A stretch of DNA of 64,000 nucleotides from an uncultured Acidobacteriota bacterium (lineage in GTDB: Bacteria; Acidobacteriota; UBA6911): the NCBI GenBank assembly GCA_963809485.1, contig CAWEJX010000007.1, positions 320,001 to 384,000 of the forward strand, written 5' to 3'. Both the position numbers and the translations under genes were made by a program. How positions within the stretch are numbered: the first letter of the stretch is position 1; every line of letters begins with the position of its first letter. This document shows positions 33,048 through 44,662 of the stretch, piece after piece. The notes below the pieces were generated by a model that saw only the letters and a list, made by a program, of their open reading frames with translations, was not told the origin of the DNA and made no database searches.

Positions 33048-35860
33048 ATGAACGCTTTTCCGGTTCCTTTCCGAATCGTGGCGCTGACACTCCTGAGCGG
33101 GATTCTTGTGCTTGTCGGCATGATGAATCTGCGCGATCGGTTCGGGTGGACGGATCCGACTGATGGAGTATATTGGGAGGAATCGGATGAAGGGCTGAAG
33201 GCTGCGGATATAGATCCGGCCGGGCCGGGAAAGGCTGTCGGGATCGGCCGTGGCGACCGGATGATGTCTTTCAACGGCCAGGCAATCGCCAATCGTGGCC
33301 AGTATATCGATTTGTTATATCAGGCAGGTCCCGGCACCTCGGTTACCTATGAACTGGCCGGCGATAAAGGAATCCGGAGTGTCCGCGTCCAGCTCGGATC
33401 AAAGGCTTTATTCACTGCCAGGGACGGCCTTCGCACGCTGCTCGGGTTTCTTCATTTGGGAATCGGCATTTTTGTGCTTTGGCGGGGCGCCAGGCTGCCC
33501 AGGGCATTTCATTTTTACCTCATCTGCCTCGGTGCTTTCGTCGTTTATCTATTCAGCTGGACTCCCAGGCTAAGCGCCCTGGATTGGTGGGTTTACGGGA
33601 TTTCGATTCTTGCTTTCCTGATTCTTCCGGCGCTGTTTGTTCATTTCTGCCTTCGTTTTCCGGTTGACACCGTATCCCGCAAAAGCCGTGCCTGGATCCT
33701 GTATGTTCCCGCCTTACTTTTCATCGCCTTGCAGCTGCTTTGGATCACAGGGCACCTCGCCTCATTCGGATTGCCGCGGACAGAGCAGTCCGGCAATCTC
33801 ATCGATAGGCTTCAGCTGGCCTATTTTGCCCTCGGATTTATCGTGGGCGGCATTCTGCTTTTGAAGATGCGCGTCAGGACTCGGGAACTGATGGTGCGTC
33901 AGCAGATGAAATGGATCAGCTATGGAGCGCTGGCCGGCGTGGTCCCCTTCAGCCTGATTTATGCACTGCCGGTGTTGCTGGGAGCGCGGTCGAATTTCGC
34001 CATGGATTCATCCATGCTTTTTCTGGGATTCATTCCTCTCTCGATTGGATACGCGCTTCTTCGTTACCGGCTCATGGATGTGGAGAATATCGCCCGGCGC
34101 AGCGCTGCATACTTCATTTCCAGTTCCCTGCTGCTGGCTTTGTATCTGCTTTTCGTGCTCGTTCTGGGGAGGGCTTTGCAGTGGGTGGCGCCTCAGGCGG
34201 ATTTCCTGGTGATTTGCGTGGCAGTTCTGGTGATCGCGCTGTTATTTGCGCCCCTGCGAAATGCCATTCAGGCCCGGCTGGATCGGCATTTCTACAAGGA
34301 ACAATTCGAGGACCGGTCCACTCTCCTGGATTTTGCCCGCACACTGAGTTCGGAAATAAGCCTCGAACCTTTGTCGCGCAGCATTCTCGATCGCGTATTA
34401 AAAACCTTTCAGATTGACAGTGGCGAGGTCTTCCTTTCCGACCCGGCGCACAACGGATTCCACCGTCCCGTATTCGCGTCGGACAGTGAGGCTTCGCGCC
34501 TCTACCGCAGGGAAGAGCTGATGGACGAAGGCTCCGCCGATCTTTTCAGCCCGAAGAGCGGCGCAAATTATCTGCACCGGACCAGTCCAGCGCTGCCGCA
34601 CAGGGGCTGCATTTCATCCAGGATTTGAAGCTTCACGGAAGGCGGGTCGGAATGATTGCGCTCGGCCAGCTGCCGAAAGGGAGTCATTTTTCGACGGAGG
34701 ATCTTGGATCTTCTTTCCGCTCTGGCCGGCTATGCAGCCATGGCTCTGGAAAATGCCAATCTTTACCGTTCGATCGAAACAAAAGCTCTGGAACTGGAGC
34801 GGCTGAAGGCCTACACCGAAAACATTATACGAAAGCATCAATGTCGCGGTGCTGGCGCTGGATTTAGACGGCCGGATCACGTCCTGCAACCGTGCTTTGA
34901 GGATTTGTACAGACGACCCGCGAACAGATCATCGGTTCGCGGTCGAGAATCTTTTGCCTTCCGGATGTTATCACTTCCATTCGGGGCGTTACGGGAAGAC
35001 AGGCTGGGATCTGACATCTCCCGCAAATATTTTCAAGCTGAACCTGGAAAACCGGCTCGGCAAGCGTCTGATCGTGAATCTGAGCCTGATCCCGATGCAG
35101 GATCCGCTGTCAGCGCATTCCGGTTCGCTCATCGTAATGGACGACATAACGGAAAAAGTTCAACTGGAGGATCAGCTGCTGCAGGCAGAAAAGCTCTCTT
35201 CCATCGGGCTGCTCGCAGCCGGCATTGCCCATGAAGTGAACACGCCGATTGCAGGCATCTCCAGCTATACCCAGATGCTCCTGAAAGACACTCCGGAAAC
35301 AGACAGGCGCAAACAGATCCTGGAAAAGATTGAGAAGCAGACATTCCGGGCTGCGGAAATCGTGAACGGCCTGCTCAATTTTTCGCGTCTGAACAGCAGT
35401 GAGTTTAAGAGACCTCGATATCAATCAGCTGATTGAAGACAGCCTTGCCCTGCTCAACCACCAGCTGCAATCTGAACCACATCAAGGTGGAATCCAGCGC
35501 TACGATCCTTCGCTCCCGCCGGTTTACGGAAACACGGGAAAGCTTCAGCAGGTCTTTGTCAATCTGTTCTTGAATGCACGGGATGCCATGCCCTCCGGAG
35601 GAGAACTGGCGGTTCAGACGGGAATGAACGAATCCATGATCGTCGTGGACATTTCCGATACCGGGCGGGGATATACCGAGGAAAACATCCGGAGAATTTT
35701 CGATCCATTTTTCACCACCAAATCTATCGGCAAGGGAACAGGCCTGGGTCTGGCTGTCACTTACGGAATTATTCAGGAGCACGGCGGCGGCATTTTTGTG
35801 GACAGCAGTTCCGGAAAGGGAACCCATTTCAGAGTCAAACTACCAACCAGGCTGCACTAA
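33048..35860 (+). CDS. Membrane sensor histidine kinase (PDZ-like, multi-TM, GAF, PAS, HisKA, HATPase), multiply frameshifted
   Basis: H-box [13 protein letters not shown]-box [14 protein letters not shown], and G-boxes DTGRG and [16 protein letters not shown]. The pieces lie in several frames between ~34595 and ~35500. Confidence 0.8.
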
Positions 35861-35862
35861 GA

Positions 35863-37213
35863 ATGAAAAACGAACGGACGGATATTGGTGGTGGACGATG
35901 AGGAAATCATGCGGGAGGTCCTGTCCGCCCTTTTGTCATCCGAATCCTATACGGTCGACCTGGCCGAAAACGGCGCTCAGGCGCTGGAGATGATCCGGGA
36001 AAAAGATTACGGCGTTATGCTCCTGGATTTAATGATGCCGGACGTGGATGGATTTCAGGTTCTGGAGGAGCTGAAGAAGATCGAAAACAGCCCGGTCGCC
36101 GTGGTCCTCACCGCGTTTGCCTCCATCGACAGGGTCATGAAGGCAGCAAAGCTGAACGCCTTCGCTTTTATCACCAAACCTTTCAAGAATGACGAGCTGC
36201 TGCTGGCCGTTAAGAACGCCATGGAGCAATACGACCTCGTGGAAGAAAACCGGCGCTTGAAGAAATCGCTGCACGAGAGGTACAGCTTTCAGAACATCAT
36301 CGGCAAAAGCGCAGCGATGCAGCAGGTTTTCGATCTTATCGCGCAGGTTGCACCGCGTCGAAGCACGGTACTCATCCAGGGAGAAAGCGGTACTGGAAAG
36401 GAATTGGTGGCCAAGGCAATTCACGCCTCCAGCGGCAGGGTCGATGCGCCTTTCATCGCGATCAATTGCGGCAACATTCCCGTCGGATTTGTTGGAAAGC
36501 GAGCTGTTTGGCCACGTACGCGGAGCATATACCGGCGCGACCAGCGCCAAAAAGGGATTGTTTGAGGCTGCCGACGGAGGAACCCTTTTCCTGGACGAAG
36601 TTGCCACCATTTCGCTGGAGATCCAGGCCAAGCTTCTCCGCGTCATCCAGGAACGGGAGTTTCGCAGGCTGGGAAGTCTTGAAAATGTCAAGGTGGATGT
36701 GCGCATCATCGCGGCCACGAATACGGATCTCCAGACCGCCGTACGGCAGGGAACTTTCCGCGATGATCTCTATTATCGCCTCAACGTTATTGTGGTTAAG
36801 ATACCGCCGCTGCGCGAACGGACCGAAGATATCCCGCTGCTTGCCGAACATTTCATCAAAAAATATGGAGAAGAAAACCAGAGGAGGGTCTTATACTGGA
36901 ACCAGCTGCCATAAAGATCCTGATGGAATACGAATGGCCGGGCAATGTGCGCGAACTGGAAAACGTGATTGAGCGCGCCGTGGTTCTGTCGCAGGGCAAC
37001 AGCATCACGGCGGACCTCTTTCCAAGAAACATCACCATGTCGCTTCAGGGAAACAGTTCCCTGAAAGAGAGAGTCGGAAATTTCGAAAAAGCCATTATTC
37101 TGGCGGCGCTGGAAAAAACCGGCTGGAACCAGAAGAAAGCCGCCCAGCTGCTCTCTGTAAACGCCACAACTTTGAGCGAAAAACTCAAACGCCTGGGAAT
37201 CCGGTCCCATTGA
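35863..37213 (+). CDS. Sigma54-dependent (NtrC family) response regulator, frameshifted (~35866, ~36480, ~36888)
   Basis: REC domain (ILVVDDE, LLDLMMP, KPF), [44 protein letters not shown] and a Fis-type HTH. Confidence 0.85.
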
Positions 37214-37519
37214 GAAAGCACCCTCCGGCAGAGCCGAACTCTTTACGGTGTCCGGCCCCTCAAAGGGCCTGATTGCATCCGACAAAAGATGAAAGAGGTT
37301 CCATGGGCTATGGATCTTTTGGAACCGCAGAATGTCGAATATCGAATGATGAATTTCGAAGTGTGGCGCTGACTTCTGCGGTTCGATATTCGAAATTCGA
37401 CATTCGATATTTCCGTGTTTATCCTTTTGGTTATTGTCCGGACCTCGGAATAAAAAAATCCGGGATTTTTCAAACTCGTACGGCCTCCCCGACAGAACCG
37501 GGGGATCCCGGCGGATTAG
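37214..37519 (+). mobile_element. Non-autonomous element family A, copy 2
   Basis: Colinear with 23027..23327, with one extra 7-mer unit (CATTCGA) in the core. Confidence 0.65.
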
Positions 37520-37633
37520 GGGGGCCGGAGGGCAAAACCGCCGTCTTTACTTTCCTCGCAGGGCTTCCCGCGGATTGACTTAGCACCCGGTTGCCGATAA
37601 TTTTATGGAAGACATTTTTGCGGGAGGGCTTCC

Positions 37634-38605
37634 ATGCTCAGATATCTGCCCACATGCCTGCTGTGTATGCTGGCCGCAGCGCTCCAGATGCCAACGGCTC
37701 AAGCCGACTACAAGCAGGCCGTCGCGTTTTACAACCAGGGCCGCTACGACAAGGCGATTCAGGAACTGAAACCGGATCTCGATCTGAATCCCGACTGGGA
37801 ATTCGGCCATCGGCTGCTGGGGCTTTCCTATCTCGGCCTCAAGAACAACGCGCTGGCGGTCTCTTCCCTTTCCCGCGCGGTGCAGCTCAAGTCAGCCGTT
37901 TTTGCCACCTACTACGGCCTGGGGCAGGCCTATTTCAACATGCAGAAATACGACAGCTGCGTCACGGCTTTGAATCAGGCAGAGCCGCTCGCGGCCAAGG
38001 AGAAGGAGCCTGAAAAGGAGAAAGCAAAAGTTCACAGGCTGCGGGGCTCCGCATATTACCGGATGGACCGATTCAGCGATGCCGTAGGCGATTTGACCGA
38101 ACTCATACGGGCAAACCAATCGGACTGGTCGGATTTCTCAATGCTCGGCGTTTGCTATTTCAATCTGAACCGCACGGACGAATCCATTCAAGCCCTGGAG
38201 AAGGCGCTTTCCATGAAGCCGGGGCAGAGCTCGATATCCGACATGCTGGCAAAGGCCCATTTCAAAAAGGGAGTCGCGGCTCTTTCGGCCAAGCAGTATC
38301 CGGCGGCGGTGCAGTCGCTGACGAAAGCGAAAGATTCCAACCCCAAAAACGGCTACATTTATTACAACCTCGCGGAGGCCTATTTGTTCCAGAAGCAGTA
38401 CCCGGCGGCGGAGAAGGCGCTGATCCAGGCAGCCGAATTGATGCCCCAGAGTCCGGACGTGTACGGCCGCATGGGCCTCGTGTACGAAAAACAGAAGATG
38501 TGGGATGAGGCGCTGAAAGCCTACAAAAAGGCCGACGCCATCAGCCCTGCAAAGTGGATTAAAGAGGCGATCGCGCGCGTCACCGAGAACAAGAAACGCA
38601 AATAA
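37634..38605 (+). CDS. Secreted/periplasmic TPR-repeat protein
   Basis: Signal peptide followed by consecutive TPR motifs. Confidence 0.85.
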   Translation: MLRYLPTCLLCMLAAALQMPTAQADYKQAVAFYNQGRYDKAIQELKPDLDLNPDWEFGHRLLGLSYLGLKNNALAVSSLSRAVQLKSAVFATYYGLGQAYFNMQKYDSCVTALNQAEPLAAKEKEPEKEKAKVHRLRGSAYYRMDRFSDAVGDLTELIRANQSDWSDFSMLGVCYFNLNRTDESIQALEKALSMKPGQSSISDMLAKAHFKKGVAALSAKQYPAAVQSLTKAKDSNPKNGYIYYNLAEAYLFQKQYPAAEKALIQAAELMPQSPDVYGRMGLVYEKQKMWDEALKAYKKADAISPAKWIKEAIARVTENKKRK

Positions 38606-38647
38606 TTCCGCACGTTGCCCGAGAGCCGGAAGTTCCGCGCATGCCGA

Positions 38648-39754
38648 TCAGGGAGCCGTTACTTTGTAGGTCCCGGCGAAATTGCGCAGATTCCCGGATT
38701 CATCAATCACCGTCACCTTGTAATTGTATTGGCCGGGAGCGCAATTGGGCTCGATCGGGATCAGGGCTACCATGTAATCCGCTTCCTTCTCTGAAGCCGC
38801 CTGCGCCTGCATCAGGCGTCCGGACCGCTCGTCTTTGACAAAAACTCCCTCAGGCAGAAGATTGCCGGCGCTGTTCCTGAACAGCAGGCGCAGTTTCAAC
38901 GCACCGCCGGGGTGGACTGCTCCGGGAAAGAGTTCGGTCTGCAAAAGCTCCGGAGCCTTTTCGGCGGACACGGTGATTTCATCGGCGATTTCGTGTTCCC
39001 GGACGGTCTTCAGCCAGGTTTCTTCGAGGTCGGACACGGGCGCTTTAAACGCCGTCACCAGGCTTTGGTTCAGTCCGGCTTTTTTAAGCGATTCAAACAG
39101 CTTGAGCGGCCGGTCGCGCCCATAGAGTTCACGGAAAGTCGTCAGGAAGGTAATGCCCGGGGCTGCGCTCCGCAGACAGCGCTTGCCTGCCGAAAACTCG
39201 GTCCAGGAACGCTGAACCTTCAATCCGAGCATCTGCATCTGGTCGAGAAGCTTCGAAATAGCCCACGCGCTTTCGAGGTTGCGGGAGCTGTGCTCATATT
39301 CGTGCACCAGCAGCTTGACCATTCCTTCAAACAGGAACTCGGTATCCTCTCTCTCGGCGCCCTGGGAGAGCACGAGCAGTCCCATCCGGGCGATTTCCCG
39401 TGCCGCGTGGTGCAGGAGGAAGGTTGGCATTGCTTCAGCAGCGCCTGCCCGGCGCATCCCCAACTGGATGCTGCCGTGGAGGTAACTGCAACTGATTTCC
39501 GGCGTATCCCAGCTGATCTGGATGAGGATTTTTTTGGGAAGGCTGGCGCCCGTCGCCCTGTTCATGAAGCTGTAGCAGCGCTCGAGATCCGCGATCGTAT
39601 CCCTGCCCAGCGCCTCCCTTTCCGCCGGCATGCGGACGTTCACATGCTCGGAATTGATGCTGCCGATCAGCTGTGCCGCGGACGTGCAGGGCGAAAACAG
39701 ACAGACGCCCCCAAAAAGGAGCAGGGTAACTAAAGTAAAAATCCGGTTGAGCAT
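38648..39754 (-). CDS. Secreted protein resembling peptidase MA-like gluzincins, with degenerate HExxH and an Ig-like C-terminus
   Basis: Signal peptide, then AAREIAR followed by FLFEGM at gluzincin-like spacing, and a C-terminal PGQYNYKVTVIDESGN. Confidence 0.55.
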   Translation of the reverse strand: MLNRIFTLVTLLLFGGVCLFSPCTSAAQLIGSINSEHVNVRMPAEREALGRDTIADLERCYSFMNRATGASLPKKILIQISWDTPEISCSYLHGSIQLGMRRAGAAEAMPTFLLHHAAREIARMGLLVLSQGAEREDTEFLFEGMVKLLVHEYEHSSRNLESAWAISKLLDQMQMLGLKVQRSWTEFSAGKRCLRSAAPGITFLTTFRELYGRDRPLKLFESLKKAGLNQSLVTAFKAPVSDLEETWLKTVREHEIADEITVSAEKAPELLQTELFPGAVHPGGALKLRLLFRNSAGNLLPEGVFVKDERSGRLMQAQAASEKEADYMVALIPIEPNCAPGQYNYKVTVIDESGNLRNFAGTYKVTAP

Positions 39755-39791
39755 GAATCCATCTCGGGCCCCACAGGAATTGCGGAGCTGT

Positions 39792-40133
39792 TTATTTCGA
39801 AAAGCTTTTGAGGGCAGCTTCTTCGTCGTCGTACCAGTCGAAGACATTCAAGAGCTTTGTGATGCTGAGCAGATCGACGATGCGCTGGTTGGGGGACAAA
39901 AGCTTAAAGTCGCCCCCGGTCCGCCGGAGGGCTGTAAAGCACCGGATCATTTCACCCAGGCCGGCACTATCCATATAGGGAACTTTGGCCAGATTCAGAA
40001 GGATGCACTTGTTCCCCTTTTTGAGAAGATCATCCACTGCCTTTTTAATTTCCACATCCCCATCGCCCAAAAGCATCTTACCGTCAGCATCGATGACGAT
40101 TACGTCCCCTATCTTCCTGGTCGAGAACTTCAT
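39792..40133 (-). CDS. STAS domain anti-sigma factor antagonist
   Basis: LLNLAKVPYMDSAGLGEM and LLSITKLLNVF. Confidence 0.9.
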   Translation of the reverse strand: MKFSTRKIGDVIVIDADGKMLLGDGDVEIKKAVDDLLKKGNKCILLNLAKVPYMDSAGLGEMIRCFTALRRTGGDFKLLSPNQRIVDLLSITKLLNVFDWYDDEEAALKSFSK

Positions 40134-40334
40134 GGATCCTCCGGTGCTTTACCCTGAGAAACTAACACAGCCTTGCAACGGCTGTCAATTTCGCCCGAAC
40201 AAACGAGGAGCTTCTCTTCCTCTCGGACTCAAAGATTGCAATCCCCGATCCCATGGATTCCCGGGATTCGAAGGTTTCTTGATCGCATCTGGCGCCTGTG
40301 CTATACCATCAAGGTCAAGTATCTGCAGTCCTAA

Positions 40335-41633
<1,299 letters not shown>

Positions 41634-41749
41634 GAGCGCTGGCCGGAATCGGCACCTGAGGCCCCCGGATTCCCATCGGGGAGAGCGGCCGTAAGAGCTC
41701 CGGCGGAAAAAATTCTGCCTCGACCCGGCCCCGTAGCAGAGGAACGAAA

Positions 41750-42724
41750 TTGGCGAGTGATCCCCTCCTGGAAGTCCGGCATCTGTCTATTTCTTACCAG
41801 ACTACCTCAGACATAATCCGGGCGGTCCGCGATGCCTCTTTGCGGATTTCGGAAGGGGAGACGCTGGCGCTGGCAGGCGAGACGGGCAGCGGAAAATCGA
41901 CTCTCGCTCAGGCGGTGCTGGGATTGACCGATGGGCAAGTCCGGGTTGAATCGGGTGAAATTTTGTTCCAGGGAACGGACCTGCGCTCCCTGAAACCGGG
42001 GGACTGGAAAAGGATACGCAGCCGGGAAATCGGCATCATTTTCCAGGACACGCGCAGCGCCCTGAATCCGGTTCTTACCATCGGCAGCCATCTGACCGAG
42101 ACGCTTCTGGCTCATCGGAAAATCCCGGCAAAAAGCGCCCGGGCAAAGGCCATGGAGCTGCTGCAGGAGGTGGGGATCCTGGGAAGCCACGTGAAGCTTT
42201 ATCCTTTTGAGCTTTCGGGCGGCGAGTGCCAGCGGGTTGGAATTGCCCTCGGGATCTGCAACAACCCGAAGCTGTTAATCGCCGATGAGCCTACAAGCGC
42301 GGTGGACTCCACCCTCCAGACTCAGATTCTCGGTCTGCTTCAGCGCATGAAGGAACGCCACAGGCTCGCTCTTCTACTGATCAGCCATGACCTGCCGCTG
42401 ATTTCCCAGGTCTCGGACCGGATAACGGTGATGTATCACGGCCGCATTGTGGAATCCGGTCTCAAGGAAGAAGTCCTCGCTTCGCCCGCACACCCTTACA
42501 CGCAGGGCCTGATCCAGTGCCAGCCGGATCTTCGGCATCACCATGAGACTCATCCCCTGGCGACGATTCCGGGATCGGCGCCGGTTTCAGGAGAAGAAGT
42601 CCCCGGATGCCCGTTTTCCCCGCGTTGCACAAAATCGGCGCCTGAGTGCCGAAATTCCCTGCCCCGTGTGCGGGAACTATCCGGAACGCACTGGGCGGCA
42701 TGCATCCGGGACGACATGAGTTGA
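41750..42724 (+). CDS. Oligopeptide/dipeptide ABC ATPase (OppD/DppD-like)
   Basis: GETGSGKS, LSGGECQR, HPYTQGL and a C-terminal CPFSPRC zinc motif. Confidence 0.9.
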   Translation: MASDPLLEVRHLSISYQTTSDIIRAVRDASLRISEGETLALAGETGSGKSTLAQAVLGLTDGQVRVESGEILFQGTDLRSLKPGDWKRIRSREIGIIFQDTRSALNPVLTIGSHLTETLLAHRKIPAKSARAKAMELLQEVGILGSHVKLYPFELSGGECQRVGIALGICNNPKLLIADEPTSAVDSTLQTQILGLLQRMKERHRLALLLISHDLPLISQVSDRITVMYHGRIVESGLKEEVLASPAHPYTQGLIQCQPDLRHHHETHPLATIPGSAPVSGEEVPGCPFSPRCTKSAPECRNSLPRVRELSGTHWAACIRDDMS

Positions 42725-42786
42725 AAAGCGAAGCAGGAAGCCGGATGGCATGCATCCATTCCGGCTTTCGGCTTCATTGGATACCG

Positions 42787-43749
42787 ATGAACGCGACTAC
42801 ACCTTTGCTGAATATCCAGGGACTCTGCAAGGACTTCGTTTCGGGCAGTCTCTGGGGAGTGCGCACTCAGGCGCTCTGCGACGTGGATATGGAGGTCGCC
42901 CGGGGGGACATCCGCGGAATTGTCGGGGAATCCGGATCCGGAAAGACAACTCTGGCCCGTTGTAGCCTGCGTCTGCTGGATCCGACCCGCGGCGTGGTGG
43001 AATTCGACGGGCAGGATTTGGCGAGGTTGAGCCCGGCTGCCCTGCGCCGCCGGCGCCGCGAATTCCAAATGGTTTTTCAGGATCCTTTCGCTTCCCTCGA
43101 TCCCGCGATGTCCGTGGGGGAAATCCTGCGCGAACCCCTCAGCATTCACAAAGCAGGCACTCGCAAAGCTCAGGACGAGAGAATTCGCGAGCTTCTGCAC
43201 GAGGTGGCGCTCGACGAATCGCTGATCCGGCGGAGCCCTGCGGAGCTTAGCGGCGGTCAACAGCAGCGCGTTGGCATTGCCCGCGGTCTGGCCTTGAAGC
43301 CCCGACTGCTCGTGGCCGACGAGCCGGTTTCGGCGCTGGATGTTTCCGTCCAGGCTCAGATTTTAAATCTGCTGGCCAGCCTTATAAAACAATACGGTCT
43401 CACCTTGGTCCTGATCTCGCATTCGCTTTATGCCGTCCATTATTTGTGCACAAGCATCACCGTGATGTATCGGGGGCGGATTATCGAGGAATCGCCGGCC
43501 GCGCGGTTCTTCGAAGAGCCCAGGCATCCCTACAGCCGCCTTCTACTGGATTCGATGCCGGCGCTGGATTCCTCCAAGCGCGTGAGCATTCCCACGGAAA
43601 AGAAGGATTGGGCTCATATCCTGCGGGCTCAGGCGGGGTGCTCCTTCTGCCCTCGCTGTCCGCATGCCATGCCGGTCTGCCGTGAAAAGATCCCGCCTCT
43701 TGCGGAAATCGGCAAAGGTGAAAAGGCCGCCTGCTTCCTGTATTTGTGA
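42787..43749 (+). CDS. Oligopeptide/dipeptide ABC ATPase (OppF/DppF-like)
   Basis: [41 protein letters not shown] and CSFCPRC. Confidence 0.9.
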   Translation: MNATTPLLNIQGLCKDFVSGSLWGVRTQALCDVDMEVARGDIRGIVGESGSGKTTLARCSLRLLDPTRGVVEFDGQDLARLSPAALRRRRREFQMVFQDPFASLDPAMSVGEILREPLSIHKAGTRKAQDERIRELLHEVALDESLIRRSPAELSGGQQQRVGIARGLALKPRLLVADEPVSALDVSVQAQILNLLASLIKQYGLTLVLISHSLYAVHYLCTSITVMYRGRIIEESPAARFFEEPRHPYSRLLLDSMPALDSSKRVSIPTEKKDWAHILRAQAGCSFCPRCPHAMPVCREKIPPLAEIGKGEKAACFLYL

Positions 43750-43768
43750 TTCCGCCGCCAGTCTGTTT

Positions 43769-43868
43769 ACCGCTGATAAACGCCGACAAAACCTGATCCA
43801 TGCTGAGATCACCAAAATATATATACGTTTTCGGCGTTCGTCGGCGATTGTCCGCGTACGTCAGCGTT
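43769..43868. repeat. Complete inverted period-10 repeat element (4 units, AT-rich spacer, 4 inverted units)
   Basis: CGCTGATAAA CGCCGACAAA ACCTGATCCA TGCTGA ... TCGGCGTTCG TCGGCGATTG TCCGCGTACG TCAGCGTT. Confidence 0.75.
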
Positions 43869-43910
43869 ATTTGGTATTTTTATAGGATACGATCTGCGGT
43901 TTTCCTATTA

Positions 43911-44633
43911 TTATTGCACGGGTCCGTCGCTCGCGATTCGTCCATCCAACAGCCGGATCACCCGATGGGCGTGGGTGGCGATATCGGGTTCGTGGGTCAC
44001 CAGGATGATGGTGTTCCCGCGCTCGTGCAGGTCGTCGAACAACGCCATGATTTCGGAGCTGGTGGCGGAATCCAGATTCCCGGTCGGCTCATCGGCCAGT
44101 ATGAGGGAAGGATTGTTGACCAGGGCGCGGGCAATGGCGACTCTCTGGCGCTGGCCGCCGGAGAGCTCGTTGGGCCGATGGTAGACTCTTTCACCGAGCT
44201 CGACCGACTGCAGGGCTTTGATTGCGCGTTCTTTTCGCTCGTGAGACGGCGTTCCGTTGTAGATGAGGGGAAGCTCCACATTATGGAGAGCGGAAGCGCG
44301 CGGCAGCAGGTTGAAGGTCTGGAATACGAAACCGATTTCCTTATTGCGGATATGGGCAAGTTCGTCGTCGTCCATTTCCGAAACCAGGCGGGTGTTCAGG
44401 AGATATTTTCCTTTCGAGGGCGTATCGAGGCATCCGATCAGGTTCATCATCGTGGATTTGCCGGATCCGGAGGGGCCCATGATCGCCACATAGGACCCTC
44501 TCGGAATCACGAAGCTGACACCCCGCAACGCGTGGATTTCTTCGGCGCCCATTTGATAGGTTTTCCAGAGATCCTCGATTTCAATCAGGATCTCGTCGTT
44601 CGCCTTTGCGCTGTTTCCGTTGGTTCCGCTCAT
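43911..44633 (-). CDS. MacB/LolD-type ABC transporter ATP-binding protein
   Basis: [27 protein letters not shown] and DEPTGNLDS. Confidence 0.92.
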   Translation of the reverse strand: MSGTNGNSAKANDEILIEIEDLWKTYQMGAEEIHALRGVSFVIPRGSYVAIMGPSGSGKSTMMNLIGCLDTPSKGKYLLNTRLVSEMDDDELAHIRNKEIGFVFQTFNLLPRASALHNVELPLIYNGTPSHERKERAIKALQSVELGERVYHRPNELSGGQRQRVAIARALVNNPSLILADEPTGNLDSATSSEIMALFDDLHERGNTIILVTHEPDIATHAHRVIRLLDGRIASDGPVQ

Positions 44634-44662
44634 TGCATTCCCCTATGTTGAACTGCAGACGT

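Noticed and set aside
40140-40180. GGTGC...CTGAGA resembling the start of a TPP riboswitch
   Set aside because: The downstream conserved TPP elements are absent and the gene context (eno/STAS) does not fit.
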